DNA of 64,000 nt from an uncultured Lentisphaeraceae bacterium. Its GTDB lineage: Bacteria > Verrucomicrobiota > Kiritimatiellia > RFP12 > UBA1067. The stretch lies in assembly GCA_964557205.1 (NCBI GenBank), contig CAZKZI010000001.1:29284-93283 (forward strand), read 5' to 3'. Numbering within the stretch: position 1 is the first letter of the stretch; every line of letters begins with the position of its first letter. This document shows, piece after piece, positions 18,067 through 28,659 of this stretch. Both the position numbers and the translations under genes were made by a program. The notes under the pieces are model-generated. The model was not told the origin of the DNA and searched no databases. It was given only the letters and a program-made list of their open reading frames with translations.

Positions 18067-18606
18067 TTATTTGCCGGCGAACGGCATTCCCAGTATAGCG
18101 AGCAGTTCGCGCGCACTCTTGTCGTCTTGAGCTGTCGTCACAAAAGTGATGTCCATACCGACATCATTGCCGTGCATGCCGGAGTCCTCCAGCTCGGGAA
18201 AAATGGTGTGCTCTTTCACACCCAGCGTGTAGTTGCCGCGCCCGTCAAAACCGCGTACCGACACTCCGCGGAAGTCGCGGATACGCGGCAAGGCACTGTT
18301 TACCAGACGATCGAAGAACTCGAACATCCGTGTCCCGCGCAAAGTGACTTTCGCGGCGATAATCATGCCTTCGCGAAGCTTGAAATTAGAAATGCTCTTG
18401 CGAGCCTTGCACAACATCGGCTTCTGGCCGGACAACTTGGCAAAGTCATCCAAAATCGCCTTCTGCACATCCTTCTCGACAATGCCGAAAGCCATGTTGA
18501 TCACCACCTTTTCCAGTCGCGGCACCAACATCTTGTTTTTGACACCGAGCTTCTCCTGAAGCTGCGGCGCCAGTTCCTTAACATATTTATCTCTGAGTCT
18601 GGCCAT
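18067..18606 (-). CDS. rplE: 50S ribosomal protein L5
   Basis: MARLRDKYVKELAPQLQEKLG... typical L5. Confidence 0.9.
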   Translation of the reverse strand: MARLRDKYVKELAPQLQEKLGVKNKMLVPRLEKVVINMAFGIVEKDVQKAILDDFAKLSGQKPMLCKARKSISNFKLREGMIIAAKVTLRGTRMFEFFDRLVNSALPRIRDFRGVSVRGFDGRGNYTLGVKEHTIFPELEDSGMHGNDVGMDITFVTTAQDDKSARELLAILGMPFAGK

Positions 18607-18617
18607 TTCCGTCTCCC

Positions 18618-18935
18618 TTAGTCAAGGATCTTGCCCGAAGCCTTGGATTTACGCACCATCCTGTCGCCGTCTTTAACCCTGCTGATACGCACACCCTTTT
18701 TCGCATCAGGGTCGTACGGCATCAGATTCGAAAGGTTGATCGGTGCTTCCCGCTCCACGAACCCGCCGTTAGGCGCGGTCTCGGAGCGGCGGATAGACTT
18801 CTTAACCATATTCAGACCCTGCACAACCGCCACCCCTTTATTCGGGATAACGCGAAGCACCTTGCCGGTCTGTCCGGCGGCATCGCCGGTCATGACGATG
18901 ACAGTGTCATCTTTTTTTATTCTCGCAATACTCAT
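18618..18935 (-). CDS. rplX: 50S ribosomal protein L24
   Basis: Conserved L24 KOW core (MSIARIKKDDTVIVMTGDAAGQTGKV...). Track ORF is N-extended to 19019; trimmed to ATG at 18935. Confidence 0.85.
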   Translation of the reverse strand: MSIARIKKDDTVIVMTGDAAGQTGKVLRVIPNKGVAVVQGLNMVKKSIRRSETAPNGGFVEREAPINLSNLMPYDPDAKKGVRISRVKDGDRMVRKSKASGKILD

Positions 18936-19055
18936 GCTCTTTCCTAACCCGTAACCGTTTTGAAACCCCGCGACCGGTCCGACCGGTCTCGCAGCCTCAT
19001 CAGCGTCACGGACGCTCACTGGTGATGAAAACCTTGTTTGGTCTTGTAAGCCGCA

Positions 19056-19421
19056 TCACACGACTTCCGGCGCCAGTGAAATAATCTTCATGTAGTTCTT
19101 GTCGCGCAACTCTCGGGCCACAGGACCGAAAATGCGCGATCCTACCGGATTCATCTTGTTGTCGACTATCACACAGGCATTTTGGTCGAAGCGCACAACC
19201 GAGCCGTCACTACGGGTGATCTGCTGGCCGGTACGCACAATCACAGCCGTGCAGACCTGCCCCTTCTTGATGGCGCCGGCAGGAGCCGCCTCCTTAATGG
19301 CCACACGGATAATATCGCCAAGATGCGCATACCGCTTGCGCTGCCCTAGTATGCGGAAACACATGGCTCTTTTAGCGCCGGTGTTGTCCGCCACCACCAT
19401 TTCAGTCTGTTCCTGAATCAT
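19056..19421 (-). CDS. rplN: 50S ribosomal protein L14
   Basis: [26 protein letters not shown]... typical L14. Confidence 0.9.
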   Translation of the reverse strand: MIQEQTEMVVADNTGAKRAMCFRILGQRKRYAHLGDIIRVAIKEAAPAGAIKKGQVCTAVIVRTGQQITRSDGSVVRFDQNACVIVDNKMNPVGSRIFGPVARELRDKNYMKIISLAPEVV

Positions 19422-19422
19422 T

Positions 19423-19686
19423 TTACTTGACCTCCGGTTTGACGATGCGCCAACGTTTGGTCGCGCTCAACGGACGGGTCTCCATGATGGTGACTTTGTC
19501 ACCCACCTGGGCCGTGTTGTCCTCATCGTGCGTATGGTATTTCTTGAAGCTGCGCACAACTTTACCGTACAAAGGATGGCGCTTACGCCGTTCACCTTGC
19601 ACTATAACTGATTTGATGCCGCTCTTGCTGACCACAATGCCCTCTCGGACTTTGCGCGCGCCGCGCTCTTGAATTGACTCGGCCAT
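19423..19686 (-). CDS. rpsQ: 30S ribosomal protein S17
   Basis: 87 aa, typical S17. Confidence 0.9.
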   Translation of the reverse strand: MAESIQERGARKVREGIVVSKSGIKSVIVQGERRKRHPLYGKVVRSFKKYHTHDEDNTAQVGDKVTIMETRPLSATKRWRIVKPEVK

Positions 19687-19687
19687 G

Positions 19688-19882
19688 CTATTTAGCCTCC
19701 CGCTCGGCTTGCACCGTTTTCATACGCGCGATGTCACGACGCATCCCGCGCATAATGACAGGTTTGTCAACCGTGACGCCCGACCTGTGCCTGATGCGCA
19801 TGTCGTTCAGTTCCTGCGACAACTCACGCTGCTTCAGTTCGAGCTCCTCGGCTCCTAATTCTCTCAAGTCTCTTGCTTTCAT
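19688..19882 (-). CDS. rpmC: 50S ribosomal protein L29
   Basis: [32 protein letters not shown]... 64 aa. Track ORF extended upstream; ATG at 19882 verified in sequence. Confidence 0.85.
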   Translation of the reverse strand: MKARDLRELGAEELELKQRELSQELNDMRIRHRSGVTVDKPVIMRGMRRDIARMKTVQAEREAK

Positions 19883-19889
19883 CGTTACG

Positions 19890-20312
19890 TCAGGCCCCCG
19901 TTGCGTTACGCGCGACCAGCTTAGTCCTGATGCCGAGCTTCGTGTCAGCCAAACGCAGGCATTCACGGGCAACGGAATCCGGCACGCCGCCGATCTCGAA
20001 CAATATCTTGCCGGGCAGAATAACAGCCACCCATAACTCAGGGTTGCCTTTGCCGCCACCCATACGAACTTCAATCGGTTTACGCGTGACCGGCTTGTCC
20101 GGGAATATGCGAATCCATAGCTTGCCCTTACGCTTCATTTCACGATTGATCACAACACGACAGGCTTCAATCTGGGTGTTGGTAAGGAACCCGCGTCCCA
20201 GCGCCTTCAATCCAAACTCGCCGTAGGCAAGCTGATCGCCTGAAGTCGCGAATCCCGAACGGTTGCCTTTAAACTGTTTGCGGTGTTTAACCCGCTTAGG
20301 CATTAGAGGCAT
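19890..20312 (-). CDS. rplP: 50S ribosomal protein L16
   Basis: [18 protein letters not shown]... typical L16. Confidence 0.9.
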   Translation of the reverse strand: MPLMPKRVKHRKQFKGNRSGFATSGDQLAYGEFGLKALGRGFLTNTQIEACRVVINREMKRKGKLWIRIFPDKPVTRKPIEVRMGGGKGNPELWVAVILPGKILFEIGGVPDSVARECLRLADTKLGIRTKLVARNATGA

Positions 20313-20973
20313 CTTTTCTCCTCCTCTGGCCGCCGGAACGCACCGGCTGGAAATCGTCTTTCTTGCATATCCAAACCTTGACGCCGATCAATCCCGCAGT
20401 GGTGTGCGACTCCGCGAAACCGTAATCGATGTTGGCGCGCAACGTGTGCAACGGCACCTTGCCCTGCTTGCTCCACTCCACGCGCGAAATCTCGGCCCCG
20501 TTGATACGTCCGCTGCAGCGGATCTTGATGCCGTCCACGCCCATATCCATCGCGACCTTCTCGGCACGCTTCATGGCGCGTTTCAATGCCACACGTCGCT
20601 CGACCTGCTGCGCGATACTTTCAGCCACCAGCTGTGCATTGGCATCCGGATCACGCACTTCCTGTATCTCAAGGTATATCTCTTTGCCGGTCTTCTTAGC
20701 CAACTCTTGACGAATGTTGTCCACATCCTGTCCCTTGCGCCCGATCACCACGCCTGGACGGGCGGTGAAAAGATTGATGCGCACGCGGTTTGCATAACGC
20801 TCGATCAGGATCTGTGTGATCGCTGCATTCTCGAGGCGTTTCTTAACCAGCTCACGAATCATCAGGTCTTCAGACAGCAGTTCGCCGAACTGCCGCTTGT
20901 TGGCATACCAACGGCTGCGCCACTGCTTGTCAACCGCGACCCGGAAACCAATCGGATTTACTTTCTGTCCCAA
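20296..20973 (-). CDS. rpsC: 30S ribosomal protein S3
   Basis: [24 protein letters not shown]... KH domain, typical S3. Confidence 0.9.
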   Translation of the reverse strand: MGQKVNPIGFRVAVDKQWRSRWYANKRQFGELLSEDLMIRELVKKRLENAAITQILIERYANRVRINLFTARPGVVIGRKGQDVDNIRQELAKKTGKEIYLEIQEVRDPDANAQLVAESIAQQVERRVALKRAMKRAEKVAMDMGVDGIKIRCSGRINGAEISRVEWSKQGKVPLHTLRANIDYGFAESHTTAGLIGVKVWICKKDDFQPVRSGGQRRRKDASNA

Positions 20974-21002
20974 TGTTTTGCTCCTTTAAAAAGTCGCTGG
21001 CG

Positions 21003-21338
21003 TCACTGACCGTCGGTCAGTACCACCTTGCAATGACTCATCCTCTTGGCAATCGGACTCGCACTTCCGCGGGCACGTGGCCAGAAACGACGCATGCGCG
21101 TCCCCTCATCGAACACACAAAGGCTCACCTTGAGTATGTCCACATCGAGGTTTGCGTTATTCCGCGCGTTCGCCACCGCCGACTTGAGCGTCTTGCTCAA
21201 AATCAGCGCAGCCTTGCGCGGACTGAATTCAACTACTTTCAGGGCTTCGTCCACTGGCAACCCCTGGCACTTGCGCGCCAATGGGCGGCCTTTCTGGGCC
21301 GACATCCTGACATTACGGGTAATTGCAGTCACTTCCAT
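21003..21338 (-). CDS. rplV: 50S ribosomal protein L22
   Basis: 111 aa, typical L22. Confidence 0.9.
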   Translation of the reverse strand: MEVTAITRNVRMSAQKGRPLARKCQGLPVDEALKVVEFSPRKAALILSKTLKSAVANARNNANLDVDILKVSLCVFDEGTRMRRFWPRARGSASPIAKRMSHCKVVLTDGQ

Positions 21339-21351
21339 TCTTCAGACTCCG

Positions 21352-21633
21352 TTATTTCGCGACCGCCTTGTCAGTGTGAACACCGTGAGATCTGAAAGAA
21401 CGCGTCGGCGCAAACTCGCCCAGACGGTGCCCCACCATGTTCTCGGTGATGAAGATCGGCATATGCTGCTTGCCATTGTGTATGGCGAACGTATGCCCGA
21501 CAAAATCCGGCAGAATCATGGAACGGCGCGACCAAGTTTTGATCGGCTGCTTCCTGCCAGAGGCGTTCATTTTCTCGACTTTTTCGAGCAGGCTCTTCTG
21601 AACGTAAGGGCCTTTTTTAATAGACCTAGACAT
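21352..21633 (-). CDS. rpsS: 30S ribosomal protein S19
   Basis: [19 protein letters not shown]... typical S19. Confidence 0.9.
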   Translation of the reverse strand: MSRSIKKGPYVQKSLLEKVEKMNASGRKQPIKTWSRRSMILPDFVGHTFAIHNGKQHMPIFITENMVGHRLGEFAPTRSFRSHGVHTDKAVAK

Positions 21634-21636
21634 GCT

Positions 21637-22461
21637 TTACTTTCTCCGCTTCAAGATGTACCTGCTGCTGGTCTTGCGGCGGCTACGTGTCTTGCCACCC
21701 TTAGCCAGCTTACCCCAAGGCGAACGAGGGTGATTACCGCCGGAAGTGCGGCCCTCACCACCACCCATCGGATGGTCAACCGGGTTCATCGCCACACCGC
21801 GCACGGTCGGACGGATACCCAACCAGCGTTTGCGGCCGGCCTTGCCGAGTTTGATGCCACTCCACTCAGCGTTACCGACCTGTCCGACAGTCGCCATGCA
21901 GTTCGCGCGAACCAAGCGAATCTCGCCGGACGGCAGCTTCAACGTCACGAAGTCGCCGTCACGCGCCATCACTTGACAACTGTTGCCCGCCGACCGGGCC
22001 AGCTTGCCGCCCTTGCCGGGAACCATCTCAATATTGTGTACGTACAACCCCAGTGGTATCTGCGACAACGGCAGGGCGTTCCCCACACTGGGCTCAGCCT
22101 CCGGACCCGCGATCACAGCATCATTCACCTGTAATCCGGCCGGTGCCAGAATATAGCGCTTCTCGCCGTCCACATATTTCAGCAAAGCCAGGTTTGCAGA
22201 ACGGTTGGGGTCGTAAGCGATCGCCTCCACACGCGCCGGAATGCCGATCTTGTCACGCCGGAAATCGACAATGCGATACCTGCGCTTAACGCCGCCGCCC
22301 CGGTGACGCACCGTGATGCGCCCCCTGTTGTTACGGCCTGCGTTGTTCTTGCGCGCCTCGGTCAACCTCTTAAGAGGCTTGCCCTCGGTAATCTCTTCGA
22401 AGGTCGACGCAACCCGATGCCGCAGACCTTCGCTTCTAGGTTTGAATGTCTTAAGCCCCAT
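21637..22461 (-). CDS. rplB: 50S ribosomal protein L2
   Basis: 274 aa with conserved L2 C-terminal motifs ([18 protein letters not shown]). Confidence 0.9.
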   Translation of the reverse strand: MGLKTFKPRSEGLRHRVASTFEEITEGKPLKRLTEARKNNAGRNNRGRITVRHRGGGVKRRYRIVDFRRDKIGIPARVEAIAYDPNRSANLALLKYVDGEKRYILAPAGLQVNDAVIAGPEAEPSVGNALPLSQIPLGLYVHNIEMVPGKGGKLARSAGNSCQVMARDGDFVTLKLPSGEIRLVRANCMATVGQVGNAEWSGIKLGKAGRKRWLGIRPTVRGVAMNPVDHPMGGGEGRTSGGNHPRSPWGKLAKGGKTRSRRKTSSRYILKRRK

Positions 22462-22485
22462 GGCTAGTTATCCTCTCCGGCGGCT

Positions 22486-22764
22486 TTAGATTATCTCTAT
22501 GCGCTCGCCCGCTTTGACCGTGATGATCGCGCGCTTCCATGAAGGATCGCGCACCACACGGCGATTGCGCAACGTCCGCAAAACGCCCTTGTAATTCTGG
22601 GTTCTGACACCCAACACATGTACGCCGAACTGCTCTTCAACAGCCTTCTTGATCTCGATCTTGTTGGCAGCATGTGCAACCTCCAGCATGTACCTGTTTT
22701 CACAGGCCAGCCGCGTACCCTTTTCAGTGATCTGCACCCTGCGGATTATCCCGGCGTGTTTCAT
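22486..22764 (-). CDS. rplW: 50S ribosomal protein L23
   Basis: 92 aa, typical L23. Confidence 0.9.
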   Translation of the reverse strand: MKHAGIIRRVQITEKGTRLACENRYMLEVAHAANKIEIKKAVEEQFGVHVLGVRTQNYKGVLRTLRNRRVVRDPSWKRAIITVKAGERIEII

Positions 22765-23411
22765 GCGCCCACCTCCGTAGATTTGCCCTTCTGCATGCGC
22801 TTCTGCAATGCCTCGAAGCCTGCCCGTGTCGCCACCAGCGACCGGTACCGCAACAGCGAATAAACGTCAACTTCAGCCGCACTGACAACCTCGACCTTGG
22901 GCAAATTGCGCGCCGCCAGCATCACTTTATCCTCATGCTGGTCCAACACGATTAAAGTTGAGGCTTCCGCACCCAGCTTCTTCAAGAGATCCTTGATCAG
23001 CTTGGTCCTGGGCTCCGCCAAGTCGAATCGCTCGATGACCGTCAACTGACCGCCCGCGATCTTCTCGCTCAACGCTCGGTCAAAAGCCAACTGCCGTACC
23101 TTGCGGTTGATCTTCTGTGTGAAATCACGCGGCTTGGGACCGAATGCCACACCGCCGCCGCGCCACACCGGGCTCTGACGGAGACCGGCTCGAGCCCGTC
23201 CCGTGCCCTTCTGCCGCCACGGCTTCTTGTTGCTTCCCGCGACCTCGCCCTTGCTCAGGGTCGATGCCGAACCGGCACGGCTAGCGTTCCGAATCGCCAC
23301 CACCGTGTCTTTCACGGCCTGCTCGCCCTTGTCGAGCACCAGCATATCGTCCGCGACAGCTATCTCGCCCGCGGCATCTCCTGCCGGATTAAAAACCTTG
23401 ATAGCACTCAT
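22761..23411 (-). CDS. rplD: 50S ribosomal protein L4
   Basis: 216 aa, typical L4. Confidence 0.9.
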   Translation of the reverse strand: MSAIKVFNPAGDAAGEIAVADDMLVLDKGEQAVKDTVVAIRNASRAGSASTLSKGEVAGSNKKPWRQKGTGRARAGLRQSPVWRGGGVAFGPKPRDFTQKINRKVRQLAFDRALSEKIAGGQLTVIERFDLAEPRTKLIKDLLKKLGAEASTLIVLDQHEDKVMLAARNLPKVEVVSAAEVDVYSLLRYRSLVATRAGFEALQKRMQKGKSTEVGA

Positions 23412-23425
23412 CGGTTCTCCAACCC

Positions 23426-24052
23426 CTATTTCTTCAGGGCTTTCCTGATAATGACAACGCCGTTCTTCGGTCCCGGAACCGAGCCGCGCACCAGAAGCAG
23501 ATTCTCCTCGCCGCGCACCTGGGCAACCGCCAAATTGCGTCCCTTCCGGTTAACCGCGCCCATGTGACCCGGCATCCGCTTACCTTTCTCAACCCAACCC
23601 GGAAGATCACACGCGCCGATCGAACCGATGCGGTGCTTCGAGTGTCCGCCATGCGTGTGCGCGCCGCCGCCGATGCGGTAGCGGCGTATAACGCCCGCGA
23701 AACCGCGTCCTTTGGTGACGCCCGACACGTCGACGTATTTAACGCCGTCAAAAATGTTCACCGTGACTGTATCGCCAGCCTTGATCTCCTCGCCGTCGCC
23801 CCGACCAAACTCTTTGGTCACGCGGCAAGGCGTCACGCCCGCAAGCTCGAATCGCTTGGCCTGCGCCTTGGAAAGACGCGAAGCCCTCTGCTCCTCGAAG
23901 CCTAGCTGCACGGCACTGTACCCATCAGTTTCAGGATTCTTCACCTGAACCACCGGACACGGCCCCGCCTCTATAACAGTCACCGCAACCCTACGCCCCT
24001 GATCATCATAGATCTGGGTCATACCTATTTTTCTGCCGATTAAGCCTTCCAT
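23426..24052 (-). CDS. rplC: 50S ribosomal protein L3
   Basis: 208 aa, typical L3. Confidence 0.9.
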   Translation of the reverse strand: MEGLIGRKIGMTQIYDDQGRRVAVTVIEAGPCPVVQVKNPETDGYSAVQLGFEEQRASRLSKAQAKRFELAGVTPCRVTKEFGRGDGEEIKAGDTVTVNIFDGVKYVDVSGVTKGRGFAGVIRRYRIGGGAHTHGGHSKHRIGSIGACDLPGWVEKGKRMPGHMGAVNRKGRNLAVAQVRGEENLLLVRGSVPGPKNGVVIIRKALKK

Positions 24053-24065
24053 GGTGTCACCGTCC

Positions 24066-24374
24066 TTAAACCCGAATTGTGATATCCACGCCAGCAGGCA
24101 GGTTCAACTTCTTGAGCTCGTCGACGGTTTTGGCCGTCGGCCCTACAATATCCAGCAGCCGTTTGTGCGTGCGCATCTCGAACTGATCCATGGACTTTTT
24201 GTCCACGTGCGGACTCCGGTTCACCGTGAAACGCTCAATCCTCGTCGGCAGAGGAATGGGTCCCACAACCTGTGCTCCGGTGCCACGGGCCGTGTCGATT
24301 ATATCGCTCACCGCCTGATCCAGCACCCTGTGATCGTACGCTTGCAAACGTATGCGTATACGCTGACTTTGCAT
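24066..24374 (-). CDS. rpsJ: 30S ribosomal protein S10
   Basis: [29 protein letters not shown]... typical S10. Confidence 0.9.
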   Translation of the reverse strand: MQSQRIRIRLQAYDHRVLDQAVSDIIDTARGTGAQVVGPIPLPTRIERFTVNRSPHVDKKSMDQFEMRTHKRLLDIVGPTAKTVDELKKLNLPAGVDITIRV

Positions 24375-24381
24375 TCTAACG

Positions 24382-26520
24382 TTACCTGTTCAGTAGTTGT
24401 TCTCTAACCGTCCGCGGCACCACCGCAAATTTGCCCGGTTCCATCGTGTAACCGGCCCGGCCGCGTGAAAGCGACCGGATTGCGGTTGAATACCCGAATA
24501 GTTCTGCCAACGGCACAAGCGCGCGCACGATCTGCATGTCTCCACGCGTCGTCATATCACGCACCGAACCGCGGCGGCCGTTAATGTCCCCCATGATGTC
24601 GCCGACATAATCGGCAGGCGTCACGATGTCGAGAGACATGATCGGCTCCAGCAATTCCGGCGCCGCGGCCAGAGCCGCTTCGCGGAATCCCATCACGGCC
24701 GCGGTTCTGAAAGCCACGTCTGTCGCCGTCTCCTCATCCATAAACACGGCATCAGTGACCTTCGCCAGCACGTCCTTCATAGGGTAGCGCGCCAAGACTC
24801 CAGTCAAAATGCCGTCCGTCAATCCCTGCTCTATGCAGTCGGCCAGTTTCTCGTCCGGCAACTTGCGCCTTACGCTGGAGGATATCTCCACCGCATAGCC
24901 TTCGCCACGCTCCCGAGGAACCACCTCTACCGTCAGTTGCGCGTAATGCCGCTTCCCGCCCAGTTCGCGATCGAAGAGATATGTGCTCTTCGACGACGCT
25001 GTGACGGTCTCGTAATACGACACCATCGGACGGCCGGTGTTGGCCTCGCATTTGAACTCTCGGCGCAGGCGATCCACCAGTATCTCCAGATGTAACTCAC
25101 CCATGCCGCTCAAAATCGTCTGTCCCGTCTCTGCGTCAACACGCACCTGACAGGTCGGATCCTCTGCACCCAGCAACACTATCGACTCCTCGAGTCTTTC
25201 CTTGTCGGCGCGCGATTTGGGCTCTATCGCCATGAACATCACCGGCTCCGGCACCGTGATGCGTTCCAGATATACCGGCTGGTGCTCCGCGCAGAGAGTG
25301 TCGCCCGTGGTCGATTCTTTAAGGCCTACAACCGCTCCGATCTCTCCCGCTCCCAGCTCTTCCACTTCGGTCTGCTCATCCGCGAAAAGACGCACAATTT
25401 TCAACACGCGCTCACGCTTGCGGCTACGCGGGTTGAAAACGTTCTGCCCCTTCTTGACCACGCCGGAATAAACACGCACAAAAAACAGCCGGCCTACATA
25501 AGCGTCAGACGCGATTTTGAAGACCAGCGCCGTCAAAGGCGCCGACACACTGTGTTCGCGTGTCACCTTCTGCTCGCTCTTCAAATCAGTCGCTTCTACC
25601 GGCGGCCGGTCCAACGGCGTCGGCAGATACCAGACCACTGCGTCCAGCAACGGCTGCACACCCTTGTTCCGCAAAGACGATCCGCACAAAACCGGCACCA
25701 GCCTGCAGGCGATCACCGAACGCCGTAACGAGGCACGCAAAATATCCGCGGAAAGCTCCGGATTATCGAAATAGTCATCAACCAGCAATTCGTCAGCCTC
25801 AGCCGCCTTCTCGCACAATTTCGCACGGGCAGCCTTTGCCGCTTCTTTCAGCTCGTCCGGAATCTCAAACTCCCGCACCTCGCGCCCTTCGCTACCATCG
25901 TCAAACGCCAAAGCCTTCATCTCCAGCAAGTCGATCACGCCTCTAAAGGTCTCAGCCTGTCCGATCGGTATCTGAAGGCACACCGGATTGGCCTTCAACT
26001 TCGATCGTATTTCAGACACACATGCGTCGAAATCAGCCCCCATCCGATCCATCTTGTTGACGAAAGCTAGGCGCGGAACACCGTAACGGTCCGCCTGACG
26101 CCAAACCGTCTCGGACTGCGGCTGCACTCCGCCCACGGCACAAAAAACGCCCACGGCGCCATCCAACACGCGCAATGAGCGTTCAACTTCTATCGTAAAA
26201 TCAACATGCCCTGGCGTGTCTATCAGGTTTATACGCACGTTCCGCCAGACACAGGTTATCGCGGCGCTGGTAATCGTGATTCCGCGCTCGCGCTCTTGTA
26301 GCATCCAGTCGGTGACAGTGTTGCCTTCGTCCACGTTTCCGAGACGGTGCGTGCGCCCGGCATAGAAAAGAATACGCTCGGTCGTTGTGGTCTTGCCCGC
26401 ATCAATGTGGGCCATAATGCCGATGTTGCGTACTTCGCAAAGCGATACCGTACCGCCCGCCGGAACTTGCCCGGACGCAGTCGAACCACATTTATCTGCC
26501 TTGCTTTCCAAGACGCTCAC
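24382..26520 (-). CDS. fusA: translation elongation factor G
   Basis: G-domain motifs [28 protein letters not shown] and full EF-G domain architecture. True start may be ~20 codons downstream of track start (conserved N-terminus begins near EVRNIGI). Confidence 0.9.
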   Translation of the reverse strand: MSVLESKADKCGSTASGQVPAGGTVSLCEVRNIGIMAHIDAGKTTTTERILFYAGRTHRLGNVDEGNTVTDWMLQERERGITITSAAITCVWRNVRINLIDTPGHVDFTIEVERSLRVLDGAVGVFCAVGGVQPQSETVWRQADRYGVPRLAFVNKMDRMGADFDACVSEIRSKLKANPVCLQIPIGQAETFRGVIDLLEMKALAFDDGSEGREVREFEIPDELKEAAKAARAKLCEKAAEADELLVDDYFDNPELSADILRASLRRSVIACRLVPVLCGSSLRNKGVQPLLDAVVWYLPTPLDRPPVEATDLKSEQKVTREHSVSAPLTALVFKIASDAYVGRLFFVRVYSGVVKKGQNVFNPRSRKRERVLKIVRLFADEQTEVEELGAGEIGAVVGLKESTTGDTLCAEHQPVYLERITVPEPVMFMAIEPKSRADKERLEESIVLLGAEDPTCQVRVDAETGQTILSGMGELHLEILVDRLRREFKCEANTGRPMVSYYETVTASSKSTYLFDRELGGKRHYAQLTVEVVPRERGEGYAVEISSSVRRKLPDEKLADCIEQGLTDGILTGVLARYPMKDVLAKVTDAVFMDEETATDVAFRTAAVMGFREAALAAAPELLEPIMSLDIVTPADYVGDIMGDINGRRGSVRDMTTRGDMQIVRALVPLAELFGYSTAIRSLSRGRAGYTMEPGKFAVVPRTVREQLLNR

Positions 26521-26612
26521 CCTTCACCCTGATTTTTCAAAGAACAGCGGATGGTTCGGCAATTTGCCGACTTATCCAAAATAAGGGCAGACACTGAGGC
26601 CTGCCCCTACGA

Positions 26613-27083
26613 TTACCACGCGTAATGAGCGAAAGCCTTGTTGGCTTGCGCCATCTTGTGCGTATCATCTCGCTTCTTGATCACATTTCCTTGATTGTTA
26701 TATGCATCGATCAATTCTAATGCCACTGCCTTGGGCATAGCTGTGCCGCGTCGCGAACTGGCGCAAGTTGCCATCCACCGAAGCGCCAGCGACAATTGGC
26801 GCGCCGGCCTGATCTCCACCGGAACCGGATAGGTAGTGCCGCCGACGCGGCGTGACTTAACTTCCACCTTTGGCTTCATGTTGGCGATCGCCGTGTCCAT
26901 AACCTCGACCGGGTCTTTGCCGGTTTTCTCACGCAACTCTTCAATCGCCCCATACACGATCCGCTCCGCCGTAGTCTTCTTGCCGCTCTTCATCAAAGCG
27001 CGCACAACCCGGGCAACCAACTCGCTGTTGAATTTGGGATCCGCCGGATGCGCCCGTTTAACTGCTCTACGCCGTCTTGCCAT
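26613..27083 (-). CDS. rpsG: 30S ribosomal protein S7
   Basis: 156 aa, typical S7. Confidence 0.9.
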   Translation of the reverse strand: MARRRRAVKRAHPADPKFNSELVARVVRALMKSGKKTTAERIVYGAIEELREKTGKDPVEVMDTAIANMKPKVEVKSRRVGGTTYPVPVEIRPARQLSLALRWMATCASSRRGTAMPKAVALELIDAYNNQGNVIKKRDDTHKMAQANKAFAHYAW

Positions 27084-27104
27084 ATTGTTTAGCTCCGCCC
27101 GTCT

Positions 27105-27485
27105 CTATTCAGACTTCTTTTGACGCTTCATGCCGTACTTTGAACGGCTACGTTTACGCCCGGACACGCCCAGACTGTCAAGGCATCCGCGCACGATGTG
27201 ATAACGCACACCCGGAAGATCCTTGATACGTCCGCCACGCACCAGAACAACACTGTGCTCTTGCAGATTGTGCCCCTCACCGGGAATGTAGGCCGACACC
27301 TCGTAACCCGTCGTCAAACGCACACGCGCTACCTTGCGCAACGCCGAATTAGGCTTCTTGGGTGTCTGGGTTTTAACGACAAGGCATACGCCACGACGCT
27401 GCGGACACGCTTCGAGCGCGGGCGACTTGCTCTTCTTGCGCATCGGGGTACGTCCCTTGCGCACTAACTGGTTAATCGTCGGCAT
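27105..27485 (-). CDS. rpsL: 30S ribosomal protein S12
   Basis: [24 protein letters not shown]... typical S12. 158-nt upstream leader/promoter region. Confidence 0.9.
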   Translation of the reverse strand: MPTINQLVRKGRTPMRKKSKSPALEACPQRRGVCLVVKTQTPKKPNSALRKVARVRLTTGYEVSAYIPGEGHNLQEHSVVLVRGGRIKDLPGVRYHIVRGCLDSLGVSGRKRSRSKYGMKRQKKSE

Positions 27486-27643
27486 CTAATTTTTACCCTT
27501 CCAATTGGTAATAAATGGATAGATAAGTTAGCACATGAGGCTTGTCGTAAGCAAGCGTGGATTTAAACAATTTGAATATTTTTTTAAAGCGCACAAAAGC
27601 GCATCTCTGCACCGTACTTGAGCCGTCCATATACCCGCTTAAG

Positions 27644-28243
27644 CTAATCGCACTCGACACGCCCTTTGATCGCGCGCTTCAGGGTCAACGGATCGGAGTA
27701 ACCTACCCCGCTATCTGCCGGCAGGCCGAATGCCAAACGCGTCACGCGCGCCCCACTGCCCTTCAGCAGCTCTCCGACATAACCGGCCGTGGCATCACCC
27801 TCCATGTCCGTGCTCAGCGCCAGCAGCACTTCGCGAACACCACCCCGCGCCAAGCGGTCCGTCAACGCCTGCAACCGCAAATCGCCAGGTCCGATCTGCC
27901 GCGCCGATGACAGCTTGCCGAGCAACGCATGATAACGGCCTCTGAAGCCGCCTGATCGCTCAATGGCAAAAATGTCCGAGGGCTCTTCAACCACGCACAG
28001 TAACGCGCCGTCCCTGGATACGTCTGAACACAGAGCGCAAGGATCGCGGTCAACCGATGTGAAACCTCCGCAGACTGAACAGCAGCAGACCGACTCGCGG
28101 GCTTCACGCAACGCCAAGATCAACCCGTCCATCACCGTGTCCGGCCTGCGCAACAACGCCAGTGCCGCACGTTCCGCAGATCGGCGCCCGAGCCCCGGCA
28201 GCTTGGACAACGCGCGTATAAGGCTGTCAACCTGCTGGATCAT
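27644..28243 (-). CDS. recR: recombination protein RecR
   Basis: HhH N-terminus (LIRALSKLPGLGRRSAERAA), C4 zinc finger (CSVCGG...CALC), Toprim region. Confidence 0.85.
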   Translation of the reverse strand: MIQQVDSLIRALSKLPGLGRRSAERAALALLRRPDTVMDGLILALREARESVCCCSVCGGFTSVDRDPCALCSDVSRDGALLCVVEEPSDIFAIERSGGFRGRYHALLGKLSSARQIGPGDLRLQALTDRLARGGVREVLLALSTDMEGDATAGYVGELLKGSGARVTRLAFGLPADSGVGYSDPLTLKRAIKGRVECD

Positions 28244-28250
28244 GTCAACT

Positions 28251-28568
28251 TCAGCCTCCGAAGATGTCGCCCATGCCAGCGCCCTGCATCATCTTGGACA
28301 TGGCCTCTTGAGTCTGTTTCTTTACACCCTTCAGGGCACCGTTGACGACATTGCCCAGCATGGTCTCGAAACGCTCTGGCTTGCCAGCCATCGCTTCCTG
28401 CAATGCCTCCGGGGCCACCTTGAGCGACACGATCGTGAAGTCACCGCGCACCACACATGTGATTCCGCCGTTGGCATACTCGCAAGTGATCTTTTCAATC
28501 TCCGATTGTATGCGTTTGGCCTCTTTGCGCATCTGCATAGTCTGCTTCATCTGATCCAACATTCCCAT
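28251..28568 (-). CDS. ybaB: nucleoid-associated protein YbaB/EbfC
   Basis: 105 aa, conserved YbaB pattern. Directly upstream of recR as in many bacteria. Confidence 0.8.
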   Translation of the reverse strand: MGMLDQMKQTMQMRKEAKRIQSEIEKITCEYANGGITCVVRGDFTIVSLKVAPEALQEAMAGKPERFETMLGNVVNGALKGVKKQTQEAMSKMMQGAGMGDIFGG

Positions 28569-28659
28569 AAAAACCTCCTGAAATTGAAGATTGTGACAAC
28601 TTTACCGCGCTACCTTAGCGCTTCTTTGTTTTTTAGTTTATTACAACTCTGCGCCACCC

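Noticed and set aside
17764-22134. Several long plus-strand ORFs (e.g. 17764..18621, 20263..21009, 21046..22134) antisense to ribosomal protein genes
   Set aside because: They overlap universally conserved r-protein genes on the opposite strand and have no recognisable domains. Classic GC-rich shadow ORFs.
27486-27643. recR terminator or rpsL promoter in the 158-nt leader
   Set aside because: Only a weak hairpin (gcgcttttgtgcgc) without a proper U-tract, and no convincing -35/-10 pair. Not called.
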